DNA of 59,857 nt from Patescibacteria group bacterium (GCA_015493225.1 WGDO01000024.1:1-59857); one strand, 5' to 3'. Positions 7,843 to 18,243 are shown, numbered from the stretch's first letter. Program-made: numbers and translations. Notes: generated by a model not told the origin, from the sequence alone.

Positions 7843-8814
7843 ATGAATCATATAACAGTATTATTAGACGAAGCGGTGGATGCGCTGAATATTAAAGAAG
7901 GGAATGTGGTGGTTGATGCGACACTGGGATCCGGAGGACATACATTGGAATTGCTTAAAAAGGTTGGTGAAAGTGGAAAAGTAGTAGCAATTGATTTGGA
8001 CCAAGAGGCCATTGAAGAATTTGAGAAAAAGATAAGAGAGATTGATTTGGGTAATGAAACAAATTTAGCAAGTAGATTGATTTTGATTAATGACAATTTT
8101 AAAAATATACAGGATATTATAAATAAACTTTATGCTAGGGATGGGATAAAGTTTAATAGCGTTGATGGTATTCTAGCTGATTTGGGTTGGCGAATTGAAC
8201 AGGTTCAGGATAAACGTTATGGAATGAGCTTTCAACAAGATGCTCCTTTAAATATGAGAATGGATGGTCAAATAAATGGTTTGACTGCTTGGCAAGTTGT
8301 TAATGAATGGAGTGAGGACGAGTTGGCGGAGATTTTTAAAGAGCTTGGAGAAGAAAGAATGGCTCGGCAAATTGCACAGGAGATTATCAGAAGACGACAG
8401 GAAAAAGAATTAAATACGACTAGTGAACTGGCAAATTTAATTGTAGATATAAAGGTGGTTAACCCAAAGAGCGGAATTCATCCAGCTACCAAAGTTTTTC
8501 AAGCTTTGCGAATAGTTGTAAATGAGGAGTTGGGTAATTTAAATATATTTTTAGAACAATCCATTAAACTTCTAAAGAGTAAAGGGCGATTAGCAGTAAT
8601 TTCCTTTCACTCTTTGGAGGACCGGTTAGTTAAAAATTTCTTGCGGACAAAGGCTAGGGGATGCGTTTGTCCGAAAGAAATCCCGGTTTGTGTTTGTGAC
8701 GAGAAGTCGGAAATTAAATTAATCAAACGAAAGGGTATTAAGCCTGGCAAGTTAGAATTAAATAATAATCGTCGGGCAAGGAGTGCGAGATTGAGAGTGG
8801 GAGAGAGGATTTAA
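7843..8814 (+). CDS. rsmH: 16S rRNA (cytosine1402-N4)-methyltransferase
   Basis: HITVLLDEAV, DATLGSGGHT, ADLGWR, ISFHSLEDRLVK. Confidence 0.95.
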   Translation: MNHITVLLDEAVDALNIKEGNVVVDATLGSGGHTLELLKKVGESGKVVAIDLDQEAIEEFEKKIREIDLGNETNLASRLILINDNFKNIQDIINKLYARDGIKFNSVDGILADLGWRIEQVQDKRYGMSFQQDAPLNMRMDGQINGLTAWQVVNEWSEDELAEIFKELGEERMARQIAQEIIRRRQEKELNTTSELANLIVDIKVVNPKSGIHPATKVFQALRIVVNEELGNLNIFLEQSIKLLKSKGRLAVISFHSLEDRLVKNFLRTKARGCVCPKEIPVCVCDEKSEIKLIKRKGIKPGKLELNNNRRARSARLRVGERI

Positions 8815-9007
8815 GCTTCTACGAATCTACAAATCTATTACAAATTTACAAATGTACGAATGCTGGTGATTGGTGAATAATAAATTGTTGACTAAAATAG
8901 CGAACGCAGTGAGTTATTCGTATATTCGTAATGGATTCGTAGTTTCGTAGGGATAAAAAAACAAAAATAAAAATTAAAAATGTCAGAGGGGGAGACTTTG
9001 ACAAAAA

Positions 9008-9382
9008 GTGACTGTTTATTTAGGTAGCACTGCTCAAAGAAGTTATTTTGGCAGAAAGACTAAAATAAAAAAGACTACTGTAAAATCGGCTCGAAAGCAG
9101 GTTTCTTTTGCTAATATTATTTTTTGGCTGGGATTGGTTTTAATAGGGTTGGTTTTGTGGTATGCTTTTAATATAAATAGGATTGCTACTCTTGGTTATG
9201 GTATAAGGGTTACAGAAAAAAACATTCAGGAATTAAAGGATAAAAATGATAATCTAAAAATTAAAAGTTCAGAATTAAAATCCATTGGAACTTTGGAGAC
9301 CAAGGCAGGTGATATTGGTATGGCTAATCCAGGAGAAGTAGATTATCTAAATGTTGTGGAAGGATTGGCATTAAAGGAATAG
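9008..9382 (+). CDS. ftsL: Cell division protein FtsL-like (single transmembrane helix plus coiled coil)
   Basis: Position between rsmH and ftsI. Basic N-terminus, one TM helix (IIFWLGLVLIGLVLWYAF), then a coiled-coil segment. The GTG start is uncertain. Confidence 0.55.
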   Translation: MTVYLGSTAQRSYFGRKTKIKKTTVKSARKQVSFANIIFWLGLVLIGLVLWYAFNINRIATLGYGIRVTEKNIQELKDKNDNLKIKSSELKSIGTLETKAGDIGMANPGEVDYLNVVEGLALKE

Positions 9383-9442
9383 TAAGTAGGCAGTACGCAA
9401 CAAGTAATAAATAATAAATTATAAGATGTAGAACGTAGGATA

Positions 9443-9700
9443 TATTAGACCTCTCCGGAAACTATCTTCTACTGCAATTTTCCACTTTTGGTAAAATTTA
9501 TTTCCAGCCAGAGGCTGACCAACTTTGGAGCAAAAGTTTTAAGTGATTAATAATATGACATTTATCACAAATTGCTGGTCAACCTTTGGTTGGCAAACTT
9601 TTTCAACTTAGCTAAGGCTAAATTTTCTAAAGTTGTTCAATAAACTTTACTCAAAACTAGCAAATTTCGTAACGAAGCTAGTTTCCGGAGAGGTCTAATA
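9443..9700. mobile_element. 258-bp MITE-like element with 22-bp terminal inverted repeats (tattagacctctccggaaacta)
   Basis: 9443-9464 is the exact reverse complement of 9679-9700. The interior holds several small hairpins (cagcc-aga-ggctg, caacc-ttt-ggttg). No ORF. Confidence 0.65.
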
Positions 9701-9787
9701 ATTAAGAAACAAGGTACAAGGTACAAGATACAAACAAAATCTTGAGATTTGTATCTTGGAAATTGTGACTATTATTTATTGTTTATT

Positions 9788-11608
9788 ATGAAATCTGCTA
9801 AGAAATATATATCTTTATCAAGATTTTATACCGTGTTGACGGTTTTTGTGTTATTAATGTCCGTAATTTTTTTACGGCTTTTTTGGCTTCAGGTTAAAAA
9901 TCATAATCATTATGTTGCTTTGGCTAATAAACAATACAAAAGCAAAAAGGATTTATTGCCTCAGCGGGGAACGATTATGCTAAGGGGTAGTGAGGGATAT
10001 TTTGCGGCGGCGGTTAATAAAGAAATGCCAACTGTTTTTGTAGTTCCAACGGAAGTGAAAAACGCAAATAATGTTATTCAAAAATTAAGTGAAATTCTTC
10101 AAATGGACAAGAATATTATCAGTAAAAGAGTTTTGAAAAAGAATGATCCCTATGAGGTAATTAAAAAGAAGGCTTCTTCAGAGGAGGTTGATAAAATCAA
10201 ACAGGCTCAATTGGAGGGAATTCATTTTGAAAATGAAAGATGGCGATATTATCCGGGAAATGAATTAGCTTCTCAGGCAATTGGTTTTTTGGGTTATAAT
10301 AATAAGGGTGAACCAGTTGGTCGTTATGGTGTTGAACAATATTTTAATGATGTTTTAAGTGGTCGGAGTGGGTCTTTGGAAGAGGATAGTGATGTGGCTG
10401 GGCGTTGGATTTCAGTTGGAAAAAGATTAGTACAGCAGGCTACCGATGGAAGTGATTTACTTTTATCTCTTGATCAGACTGTCCAATTTGAAACAGAGTT
10501 GGCGCTTAAAAATGCTATTAAAAAACATGGAGCTGATGGGGGAAAAATTGTTATTGAAGATATATCCACTGGAAAAATTTTGGCCATGGCTTCGACACCA
10601 ACTTTCAATCCAAATGAATATTCTAAATCTAACTCCAAAGCATTTCGCAATCCAATCGTTAGTGATAATTATGAGCCTGGTTCGGTTTTTAAGATTATTA
10701 CCATGTCAGCTGGCTTGGACAGTGGAAGGGTTTCGCCAAATACTACTTATAATGATACTGGGGCAGTAACTGCTAATGGGTTTACTATTAAAAATTCTAA
10801 TAAAAAGGCCAATGGTGAACAGACTATGATAGAAGTAATTGATAAGTCATTAAACACAGGTGTTATTTTTGTGGAGAAATTATTGGGACATAAACTTTTT
10901 CAAAAGTATGTTCGTAAATTTGGCTTTGGAGAAATAACAGGCATTACTCTTCCGGGAGAAGCAAAAGGTAATTTACTAAATTTAAAACATAATAGAGATG
11001 TAGCTTATTTTACCGCTTCTTTCGGTCAAGGTATTTCTGTTACGCCTTTACAATTGCTTATGGCTTATGGGGCAATCGCCAATAAAGGGCGCTTGCTAAA
11101 ACCAATAATTGTTGATACTATTATAAACTCTAATGGTAAAAAAATAACAACAAAGCCAAAGGTGGTTAGGCAAGTTATCTCGGAAAAAAGTGCTCAGCAA
11201 GCTTCCTTAATGTTGGAGAGCAATGTTTTACATGGTCATGGAAAATTGGCAGGAGTTCCTGGGTATAGAATTGCTGGTAAAACCGGTACGGCTCAAATTC
11301 CTGATAGAATACATGGTGGATATTTGGAAGGGGCAACCATTGGTACTTTTGCTGGATTTGCTCCGGTGGATAATCCTAAATTTGCTATGGTGGTAATAAT
11401 TGACCACCCTCGAGATACGGAATGGGCGGCAGGAACAGCTGCTCCGGTCTTTGGGGATTTAAGTAAATTTTTATTGGAATATTATTCCATTAAACCAACC
11501 AAAGAGTACACCCAGAAGGAATTGGAGGTTTTTAATAAAAAGCATCAGTATTTGAATTTGAGTTTGGAGAAAAAAGATGAAAAGAGGGAGGGCGATGAAA
11601 ATAAGTAA
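9788..11608 (+). CDS. ftsI: Penicillin-binding protein 2 / FtsI-type transpeptidase
   Basis: TM anchor, SVFK (SxxK), SLN (SxN) and KTGT motifs. The ATG at 9788 is preferred over the ORF-track start at 9749. Confidence 0.9.
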   Translation: MKSAKKYISLSRFYTVLTVFVLLMSVIFLRLFWLQVKNHNHYVALANKQYKSKKDLLPQRGTIMLRGSEGYFAAAVNKEMPTVFVVPTEVKNANNVIQKLSEILQMDKNIISKRVLKKNDPYEVIKKKASSEEVDKIKQAQLEGIHFENERWRYYPGNELASQAIGFLGYNNKGEPVGRYGVEQYFNDVLSGRSGSLEEDSDVAGRWISVGKRLVQQATDGSDLLLSLDQTVQFETELALKNAIKKHGADGGKIVIEDISTGKILAMASTPTFNPNEYSKSNSKAFRNPIVSDNYEPGSVFKIITMSAGLDSGRVSPNTTYNDTGAVTANGFTIKNSNKKANGEQTMIEVIDKSLNTGVIFVEKLLGHKLFQKYVRKFGFGEITGITLPGEAKGNLLNLKHNRDVAYFTASFGQGISVTPLQLLMAYGAIANKGRLLKPIIVDTIINSNGKKITTKPKVVRQVISEKSAQQASLMLESNVLHGHGKLAGVPGYRIAGKTGTAQIPDRIHGGYLEGATIGTFAGFAPVDNPKFAMVVIIDHPRDTEWAAGTAAPVFGDLSKFLLEYYSIKPTKEYTQKELEVFNKKHQYLNLSLEKKDEKREGDENK

Positions 11609-11650
11609 AAGGAGGTAAGTGGGTAAGGTTAGTCAATAATATAATAAATT

Positions 11651-12958
11651 ATGTTAAAAAAAAAGGTTTTAATTCAAAAAATTTTACGATGGTTTGCGGA
11701 AAAAATTTTGCAAAAATACAAACCAATGGTTATTGGCATTACGGGGAGTGTCGGGAAGAGTACAGCCAAGGAGATGATTTTTGCTGTTTTGGAAAATGAT
11801 TTTCAAATACGTAAAAGTGATAAGAATTATAATAATGAAATTGGTATACCATTGGCGATAATTGGGGTAAGTGGTGAAAAGAAAAATATTTGGCAGTGGT
11901 TAAAAGTTGTTATTAAGAGTATTTTCTTAATAATTTTACCAAATCAATATCCAGAAATTTTAGTTTTGGAATTGGCAGCAGATCAGATTGGGGACATTAA
12001 GTATTTTTGTGATTTTATTCCCATTGAAATTGGTATTTTGACAAATGTTGGCATTTCTCATTTAGAAAAATTTAAAACCAAAGAAAATATTTTTAGGGAA
12101 AAAACCTATTTGCTGAAACAGGCTAAGAAATTAGCTATCTATAATGGTGATAACATTAAGGCTGACAAAATCAAGAGGATTATTAAAAGCGGAGTTAGGT
12201 CTTATGGCTTTCAAGATGAAGCAGATTTACAAATCATAGATAATCAATATCGCTATACTTCCGAGGGATTGTTGCGAGGAGTGAAATTTAAATTAAACTA
12301 TAAAGATAAAATAATATCTGGTCAATTTAATAATATTATTGGACGGCCGTATCTTTATGGGTTGATGCCGGCTTTGGTGATTGCTGATTATTTTAAATTG
12401 AGCCTGGGAGAGGTTTTACAAAATTTAGAGAATTTTTTAGCCATACCAGGACATCTTTCCTTGATTGAGGGAATAAAGAATACAGTTGTTATAGATGATA
12501 CTTATAATAGTGCTCCGGTTAGTGTTAGGGAGGCGTTAAAAGTAATTGAAAATATTAGAGCTAAACGTAAAATTATTGTTTTGGGTGATATGTTGGAATT
12601 GGGAAAGGAAGAACAAAAAGCTCATCAAAAAATTGGTGAGCAGTTAGGGGAATTAGATGGCGTAGTTTTTGTGGCGGTGGGAGAACGAATGAAATTAGCT
12701 GTTGAAAGTTTTAACCTTAAATTGCAAGAGAAAGAAGTTGGAGAGGTGGAAATAAATAGTAGGGTGAAATGGTTTGCTGATTCTGGGCAGGCTGGTGATT
12801 TTTTAGAACAAAATATTACAGAAAAAGATGTTGTACTTGTTAAAGGTTCTCAGGGAATGAGGATGGAAAAAATTGTGGTGAAACTAATGAATGAGAAAGA
12901 TAGGAGAGAGGAGTTAGTTGTTAGGCAGGGGAAGGAGTGGATAAATCCTAAATTCTAG
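11651..12958 (+). CDS. murF: UDP-N-acetylmuramoyl-tripeptide--D-alanyl-D-alanine ligase
   Basis: GITGSVGKST P-loop, NYNNEIGIPLAI, DDTYNSAP. Lies in the dcw context. Confidence 0.85.
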   Translation: MLKKKVLIQKILRWFAEKILQKYKPMVIGITGSVGKSTAKEMIFAVLENDFQIRKSDKNYNNEIGIPLAIIGVSGEKKNIWQWLKVVIKSIFLIILPNQYPEILVLELAADQIGDIKYFCDFIPIEIGILTNVGISHLEKFKTKENIFREKTYLLKQAKKLAIYNGDNIKADKIKRIIKSGVRSYGFQDEADLQIIDNQYRYTSEGLLRGVKFKLNYKDKIISGQFNNIIGRPYLYGLMPALVIADYFKLSLGEVLQNLENFLAIPGHLSLIEGIKNTVVIDDTYNSAPVSVREALKVIENIRAKRKIIVLGDMLELGKEEQKAHQKIGEQLGELDGVVFVAVGERMKLAVESFNLKLQEKEVGEVEINSRVKWFADSGQAGDFLEQNITEKDVVLVKGSQGMRMEKIVVKLMNEKDRREELVVRQGKEWINPKF

Positions 12959-14094
12959 ATTTCCACTGGTAGTTTCCAAATAATTTTAGTTACTAGAACA
13001 AAGTTTAAGATAGTGGTGGCAATAATACTTAATAGACCAGATAATAAATAAGGAATTCCTAAGCTATTAATTAGTTCATGATAAATGGCTAAAGTTACAA
13101 ACATAGTTAGTCCAGCAAAAGCATAATAATAACTTAGTCTTTGTAAACTTTCTCGTTTTGATTTGGAACGATTATCACAATAGGTAAAACGAGAATTTAA
13201 AAAATAATTTACTAAAATAGAAATTAAAATAGAAATAGTAAAAGCAATAATTTCTTGGATTTTAAACCATTCTACAAAGATATAGAGTAAGCCTAGGTTG
13301 ACCATTACTCCGTTCAGACCAACGAGGCAAAATTTTAGAAAACGAGCGGCCTCGGGAAGTTCCCAAAAAAGGTGACCGAGATGTTTAAAATAATTAATGC
13401 CTTGAGTTACTTTTGCTTTGCTTTCTTCGTGTTCTCGGGGTTGAAACTTTAGAGGGACTTCGGTAACTTTATCGGGGTTGGTACGCATTAGAATCTCTAC
13501 TAAAATTTTAAATCCAGTTCCTTCTAATTTTGTATTTTTAATTAAATCTTTTTGAAAAGCAAAAAATCCGGTCATGGGGTCAGTGGTTTTGCGAATGGGA
13601 ATAAATAGAATTCTAGTGAGGTAAGTCATACTAAGAGATACCAGGCGACGATAAATGCCATAAAGGCTCCATAATTTTCCTAGTCCTTCATTGCTACCTC
13701 CTTTAACATAACGACTGGCTATGGACATTTTGGAGCCGTTTTTTAGTTGAGAAATTAGTTTAGGAATGAGAGCAGGAGGATGCTGTAGGTCAGCATCCAT
13801 ACAGACAATATAGTTTCCCTGAGCTTTGGGAAAGGCAGAAATAAAAGCAGCGGATAATCCTTTTCCTGGTCCACGAAAATATTTTACTTCTGGGTATAGT
13901 TTTTCTGCTTTTCTAATTTCTGCTTCAGTTTCATCGGTGCTGTCATCGGCGAAAATAATCTCATAGTCATAGTCGGCATTTTTGAGAGATTCTTGGATTC
14001 GTTTAATTAGAGAAATAATATTTTCTTTTTCGTTGAATGTTGCTGGAATAATGGAAACCAGAATATCTTTTTCTAATGTTGAATTGTTTTGCAT
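12955..14094 (-). CDS. Family-2 glycosyltransferase fused to a GtrA-like membrane domain (polyprenyl-phosphate sugar synthase-like)
   Basis: N-terminal FADDSTDET and DADLQHPP motifs. The C-terminal approx 120 aa has four hydrophobic helices, GtrA-like. Confidence 0.85.
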   Translation of the reverse strand: MQNNSTLEKDILVSIIPATFNEKENIISLIKRIQESLKNADYDYEIIFADDSTDETEAEIRKAEKLYPEVKYFRGPGKGLSAAFISAFPKAQGNYIVCMDADLQHPPALIPKLISQLKNGSKMSIASRYVKGGSNEGLGKLWSLYGIYRRLVSLSMTYLTRILFIPIRKTTDPMTGFFAFQKDLIKNTKLEGTGFKILVEILMRTNPDKVTEVPLKFQPREHEESKAKVTQGINYFKHLGHLFWELPEAARFLKFCLVGLNGVMVNLGLLYIFVEWFKIQEIIAFTISILISILVNYFLNSRFTYCDNRSKSKRESLQRLSYYYAFAGLTMFVTLAIYHELINSLGIPYLLSGLLSIIATTILNFVLVTKIIWKLPVEI

Positions 14095-14258
14095 ATAAAG
14101 ATGTATAAATTATAAGAATATATCTTAAGATAGTATAAAATATTATTTTTGTCAAGTATTTTTTGGTTAGATATATTTTCTTGACCATTATTTATTTGAG
14201 AGTTACAATTAAGAAGTTGCAAATGATAATTTGTTGTATAATAATAAATAATAAATAT

Positions 14259-15473
14259 ATGCCTGTTAAAAAACATCAAACAAAAACAAAAGATAAAAAT
14301 AATTTATCAGCTATGCAACCTCGGCGGAAGACGAGGGCAGTGATGGTTGGTAACATTGGTATTGGTGGTGATAATCCAGTGCGAGTACAAACTATGACTA
14401 ATACGAATACTTTAGATATTGAAGAAACCGTTGAGCAGATTATGAAATCTGTTAGAGTTGGAGCGGAGTTAATTCGATTGACTACTCAAACTGTTGAGCA
14501 TGCTCAAGCTTTAAAGGAAATAAAGAAAATTTTGAAGGATAAATATGATTGTGACATTCCTTTAATTGCGGATATTCATTTTGTGATTGACCCAGCTTAT
14601 GAAGCAATGAAATGGGCAGATAAAATCAGAATTAATCCTGGTTTGTTCAGTAATAAATTTGGTACTAAGAAAAATTTTACAGAGGAAGAGTATAACGAGT
14701 CCTTGTTGGACGTAGAAAAAACACTTATTCCTTTTATTGATAAATTAAAGAAATATAATATTCCAGTGCGCATAGGAACTAATCATGGTTCTTTGTCTCC
14801 ACGAATTTTGGAAAAATATGGCAATACGCCGGTTGGCTTAGTGGAAAGTGTAATGGAGTATTTGCGAATTTTTAAAAAACATGGGTATGAAAATTTGGTG
14901 GTAGCCATTAAATCTTCTGATCCTATTATTATGGTGGAAGTCAATCGTTTATTGGCTAAAACTTTAGATGAAAATAAGATGGATTATCCAATTCATTTGG
15001 GAGTAACCGAGGCGGGAATGGCAGAAGATGGACGAGCTAAGTCAACCATTGGAATTGGCGTTCCTTTAATGGAGGGAATTGGTGATACCACTAGAGTGTC
15101 ATTGACTGAGGCACCAGAAAAAGAAATTCCTGTTTGTTATTCTATTTTGCAGGCAGTACAAAGACGAATTACTAAGACAGAATTTATTTCTTGTCCATCC
15201 TGTGGGAGAACATTGTTCGATATCGAAGAGGTTACTAAAAAAGTGCAGGAAAAATTGGGGCATTTAAAGGGTTTAAAAATTGCGGTGATGGGTTGTATTG
15301 TTAATGGTCCGGGGGAAATGGCTGGAGCAGATTTTGGTTACGTTGGTGGTGCACTGGGAAAAATTACCCTATACAAAAAAGACAAGGTAGTTGAAAAAAA
15401 TATTCCTCAGGAAGAAGCTTTGGATAAATTGATTGACTTAATTAAAAAAGAGGGGAAGTGGAAGGAAAAATAG
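14259..15473 (+). CDS. ispG: 4-hydroxy-3-methylbut-2-en-1-yl diphosphate synthase
   Basis: RRKTRAVMVGNIGIGGDNPVRVQTMTNT, RINPGL, and the C-terminal Cys ligands ISCPSCGRT and MGCIVNGPGE. The ATG at 14259 is preferred. Confidence 0.93.
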   Translation: MPVKKHQTKTKDKNNLSAMQPRRKTRAVMVGNIGIGGDNPVRVQTMTNTNTLDIEETVEQIMKSVRVGAELIRLTTQTVEHAQALKEIKKILKDKYDCDIPLIADIHFVIDPAYEAMKWADKIRINPGLFSNKFGTKKNFTEEEYNESLLDVEKTLIPFIDKLKKYNIPVRIGTNHGSLSPRILEKYGNTPVGLVESVMEYLRIFKKHGYENLVVAIKSSDPIIMVEVNRLLAKTLDENKMDYPIHLGVTEAGMAEDGRAKSTIGIGVPLMEGIGDTTRVSLTEAPEKEIPVCYSILQAVQRRITKTEFISCPSCGRTLFDIEEVTKKVQEKLGHLKGLKIAVMGCIVNGPGEMAGADFGYVGGALGKITLYKKDKVVEKNIPQEEALDKLIDLIKKEGKWKEK

Positions 15474-15546
15474 ATTGTGGATAACTGTTTGCATATTTTT
15501 GTTGATTATGTTAGATTGTTATTATAAAAACTAAATAATATAAACT

Positions 15547-15786
15547 ATGCAAGAAGACCAACTTCAGGAGGGGAGGGGGAATAATTTGTTTACGCTAAAG
15601 AATTTTTTGATTTTAGCTATCGGTTTTGTTTTGGGTTACTTGATTAAAGTTCAGGTGGCGCCAAGAATTACCATGGGCTATGATGACTACAAATTATCTC
15701 AGTGGCAAAGTAATGTTGCTCAGAATAATGTGGATAGTGTTGACGTAGACAATGAGCAGGCAGTACAAAGTTCTGAAAAAAAATAA
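15547..15786 (+). CDS. Hypothetical small membrane protein
   Basis: 79 aa with one TM helix (FLILAIGFVLGYLI). Confidence 0.45.
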   Translation: MQEDQLQEGRGNNLFTLKNFLILAIGFVLGYLIKVQVAPRITMGYDDYKLSQWQSNVAQNNVDSVDVDNEQAVQSSEKK

Positions 15787-15844
15787 TCAATAGGAAAGTG
15801 ATTGAGATTTCAAAAAGAGGGAGCTAATATTTAAGATAAAAAAT

Positions 15845-17071
15845 ATGCAAGAAGACAATAATAAACAAAAAGAAGAAGAGGATAAGGAGGATAAAATTGT
15901 GGAAATTATAGAAGAAGAAAAAGTAGAGGAAATATTTGAGGAAGGAAAAAGTATTGATGATGTTATTCAAGAGGATATTCAAAAAAGTAAACAACAGAAT
16001 TATTTAGCGATTATTATTTTGTTGCTAGGAGCTTTATTGGGTAGTTTGTTTGTGGATGTGGCTCAATTTGTTTCGAAAAAAGGGTATTCTCCTAAGGCAT
16101 TAAAAGAAACTAATATATTTACCTTAGATGATAAAACTTGGGTAGCTTATAAAGAACCAATCGTCAAACTGGATGTTTTAACTGTTTCGGATGAAGATTT
16201 GAAAAATTGCCCAACTTGCAAACCGTCTAAGGAAGTTATGGATTTATTTAAAAAAGTTATGCCAACCTTAGTGGTGAATGAAATTGATAAAGATAGTGAA
16301 GCTGGTAAAAAAATGATTGCTGAATATAATATTAAATCAGTGCCCGCTTTGGTTTTTTCTAAAGATTTAGAGAAGACAGATTTCTATAATGGTGAGGCGA
16401 AAGCTCTTTTTGATAAGATTAATGACAAAGGTTATACCTTGAATTTATCAGCACTGGGACTACCTATCGGAGAATATATCGAAACTCCAACCATTGATGA
16501 TAATAATGCTACCATTGGAAATAAAGATGCTAAGGTAAAAATATTTTTATTCTCTGATCATCAGTGCCCATTTTGTGCTAAGTTTTTTGATGAAATTGTT
16601 ACTACCAGTAAAAGTTTTGGTGATAAGGTCGTGTTAGTTTATAAAGATTTACCTTTAGAATTTCACTCTCAATCTATGAATGCGGCCATTGCTGGAGAAT
16701 GTGCTAAGGATCAAGGTAAATTTTGGGAAATGTCTCAACGACTTTACAATACTCAAAAACAATGGGGTAATTTGAAGGATGATAAAGCTAAGGGATTTTT
16801 TAAGCAACAGGCTAAGCGACTTGGTTTGGATATGGAAAAATTTGATGGTTGTTTAGAAAATGGTGAGCATAAGGACTCTATTGAAAAAAGCAAGAAAGAA
16901 GCAGAGGCTTTTGGTATTACTGGCACACCAAGTGTATTTATTAATGACCAGTTTGTTCCAGGGGTTATTCCAGCTGATAAATTAAAGGAAATGATTCAGG
17001 CGGAAATTGATAAAGCAGAGGGTGTTGATAAAAATACCGAGGAGACAAAAAAGACAGAAGAAACTAAGTAG
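15845..17071 (+). CDS. Membrane-anchored thiol:disulfide oxidoreductase, DsbA family, with an extra N-terminal thioredoxin-fold module
   Basis: Acidic N-terminus, a TM helix, a CPTC module, then a DsbA-like CPFC module (SDHQCPFCAKF ... GTPSVFIN). Confidence 0.8.
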   Translation: MQEDNNKQKEEEDKEDKIVEIIEEEKVEEIFEEGKSIDDVIQEDIQKSKQQNYLAIIILLLGALLGSLFVDVAQFVSKKGYSPKALKETNIFTLDDKTWVAYKEPIVKLDVLTVSDEDLKNCPTCKPSKEVMDLFKKVMPTLVVNEIDKDSEAGKKMIAEYNIKSVPALVFSKDLEKTDFYNGEAKALFDKINDKGYTLNLSALGLPIGEYIETPTIDDNNATIGNKDAKVKIFLFSDHQCPFCAKFFDEIVTTSKSFGDKVVLVYKDLPLEFHSQSMNAAIAGECAKDQGKFWEMSQRLYNTQKQWGNLKDDKAKGFFKQQAKRLGLDMEKFDGCLENGEHKDSIEKSKKEAEAFGITGTPSVFINDQFVPGVIPADKLKEMIQAEIDKAEGVDKNTEETKKTEETK

Positions 17072-17088
17072 AAAAATATTCTTTTTTC

Positions 17089-17117
17089 AAAAAACAACTC
17101 AGGGGAGTTGTTTTTTG
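17089..17117 (+). terminator. Rho-independent terminator
   Basis: aaaaaacaactc-aggg-gagttgtttttt. Confidence 0.85.
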
Positions 17118-17163
17118 TTTAATAATAAGGTATAATAGTGGTGTAATATTTAAAAATAAAAAA

Positions 17164-17400
17164 ATGATAATTATAGCAATCATTAAAGGTTTATCATCAA
17201 TAGCTTTTGTTGTAGGTACTTTAGGGTTTTTGATAGTTGTTCCGGCCACTATTATTACTTTACTTATTGGAATAATCAGTAAAGAATATAAATATTTTAA
17301 AATTTCTCTAAAAGTATTTGGTTGGGTGGGAGTTACTTTGTTAGGTGGGGTATTATTATATGCGATAATGATGTTTTTGCAAAATGTGCTTGTTGGGTAA
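17164..17400 (+). CDS. Hypothetical small membrane protein
   Basis: 78 aa with two hydrophobic helices. Preceded by ggtataat. Confidence 0.45.
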   Translation: MIIIAIIKGLSSIAFVVGTLGFLIVVPATIITLLIGIISKEYKYFKISLKVFGWVGVTLLGGVLLYAIMMFLQNVLVG

Positions 17401-17561
17401 TAAATTTTTTCTAATAAATACTTACCAGTTTACTTATCAGATTGATGATTGTTGGTTTTGAGTTGCAAGTATTGGTGATTTTGTTTTGTTTAGGATTTAG
17501 AAATTAGAATTTAAAGATTTTTAATGAGTTTTTTAGTGTTAAGTCTTTTATATCAAAAGTT

Positions 17562-18143
17562 ATGTTAAAAGAAAAATATGAAATTATAGTTCACGGTCGA
17601 GGGGGACAGGGGGCAAAGACGACAGCGGAATTGCTGGCTCAGGCCGGTTTGAAAGCAGGGAAGTTTGTACAGGCCTTTCCGGAATTTGGTCCGGAGCGTA
17701 GTGGGGCGCCCCTGAGAACTTTTGTGAGACTGGCTGATAAGTTTATCCGTTCCCATGAGCCGATTGTTTCTCCAGATGCAGTCTTAATTCTAGATGAAAG
17801 CCTATTGAATACAGACAAAGTAAATATAAATATTGATCAGGCTAAACTTCTTATTGTTAATACTACAAAGTCAGCGGAGAAAATAAAAGAAGTTTTAGAT
17901 AAAAATGATAAGTTTAAGAACAATTTTAAGGGTGAAATTATACTGGTTGATGCTAGTGGAATAGCCAAAAAAATCATTGGGCAAAATAGACCAAATACGG
18001 TTATTCTGGGAAAATTTGCTGCTATAAATCCAGTTATTACAGTGGAAAATGTAGTTAGTGTTTTTGAAGATAAATATATTAAAAAAATTGGTGAAGAAAT
18101 GACGGAGAAGAATGTGGAAGCAATTAAAAGCGCTGGCGCTTAA
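17562..18143 (+). CDS. porG: Pyruvate/2-oxoacid:ferredoxin oxidoreductase, gamma subunit
   Basis: HGRGGQGAKTTAELLAQA...FPEFGPERSGAP. Confidence 0.9.
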   Translation: MLKEKYEIIVHGRGGQGAKTTAELLAQAGLKAGKFVQAFPEFGPERSGAPLRTFVRLADKFIRSHEPIVSPDAVLILDESLLNTDKVNINIDQAKLLIVNTTKSAEKIKEVLDKNDKFKNNFKGEIILVDASGIAKKIIGQNRPNTVILGKFAAINPVITVENVVSVFEDKYIKKIGEEMTEKNVEAIKSAGA

Positions 18144-18183
18144 TTTTAAATTTTAAATTTTAAATTTTAATTCAATTTTAAAT
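18142..18183. repeat. 42-bp AT-rich word repeat identical to 33892-33933
   Basis: aattttaaattttaaattttaaattttaattcaattttaaat. Overlaps the porG stop codon. Confidence 0.85.
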
Positions 18184-18243
18184 GTTTTAATTTTAAATGA
18201 TTTATTTAAAATTTTATTGTTGAGTTAAAATTAGAGTGAAACG

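Noticed and set aside
10446-10769. Alternative-frame ORF within ftsI
   Set aside because: It is an out-of-frame overlap with a gene whose SxxK/SxN/KTGT motifs fix the frame.
14003-14279. Small minus-strand ORFs and the 14163-14258 extension of ispG
   Set aside because: This is the AT-rich divergent promoter region. The translations are Ile/Tyr/Asn-rich junk, and IspG homology starts after the ATG at 14259.
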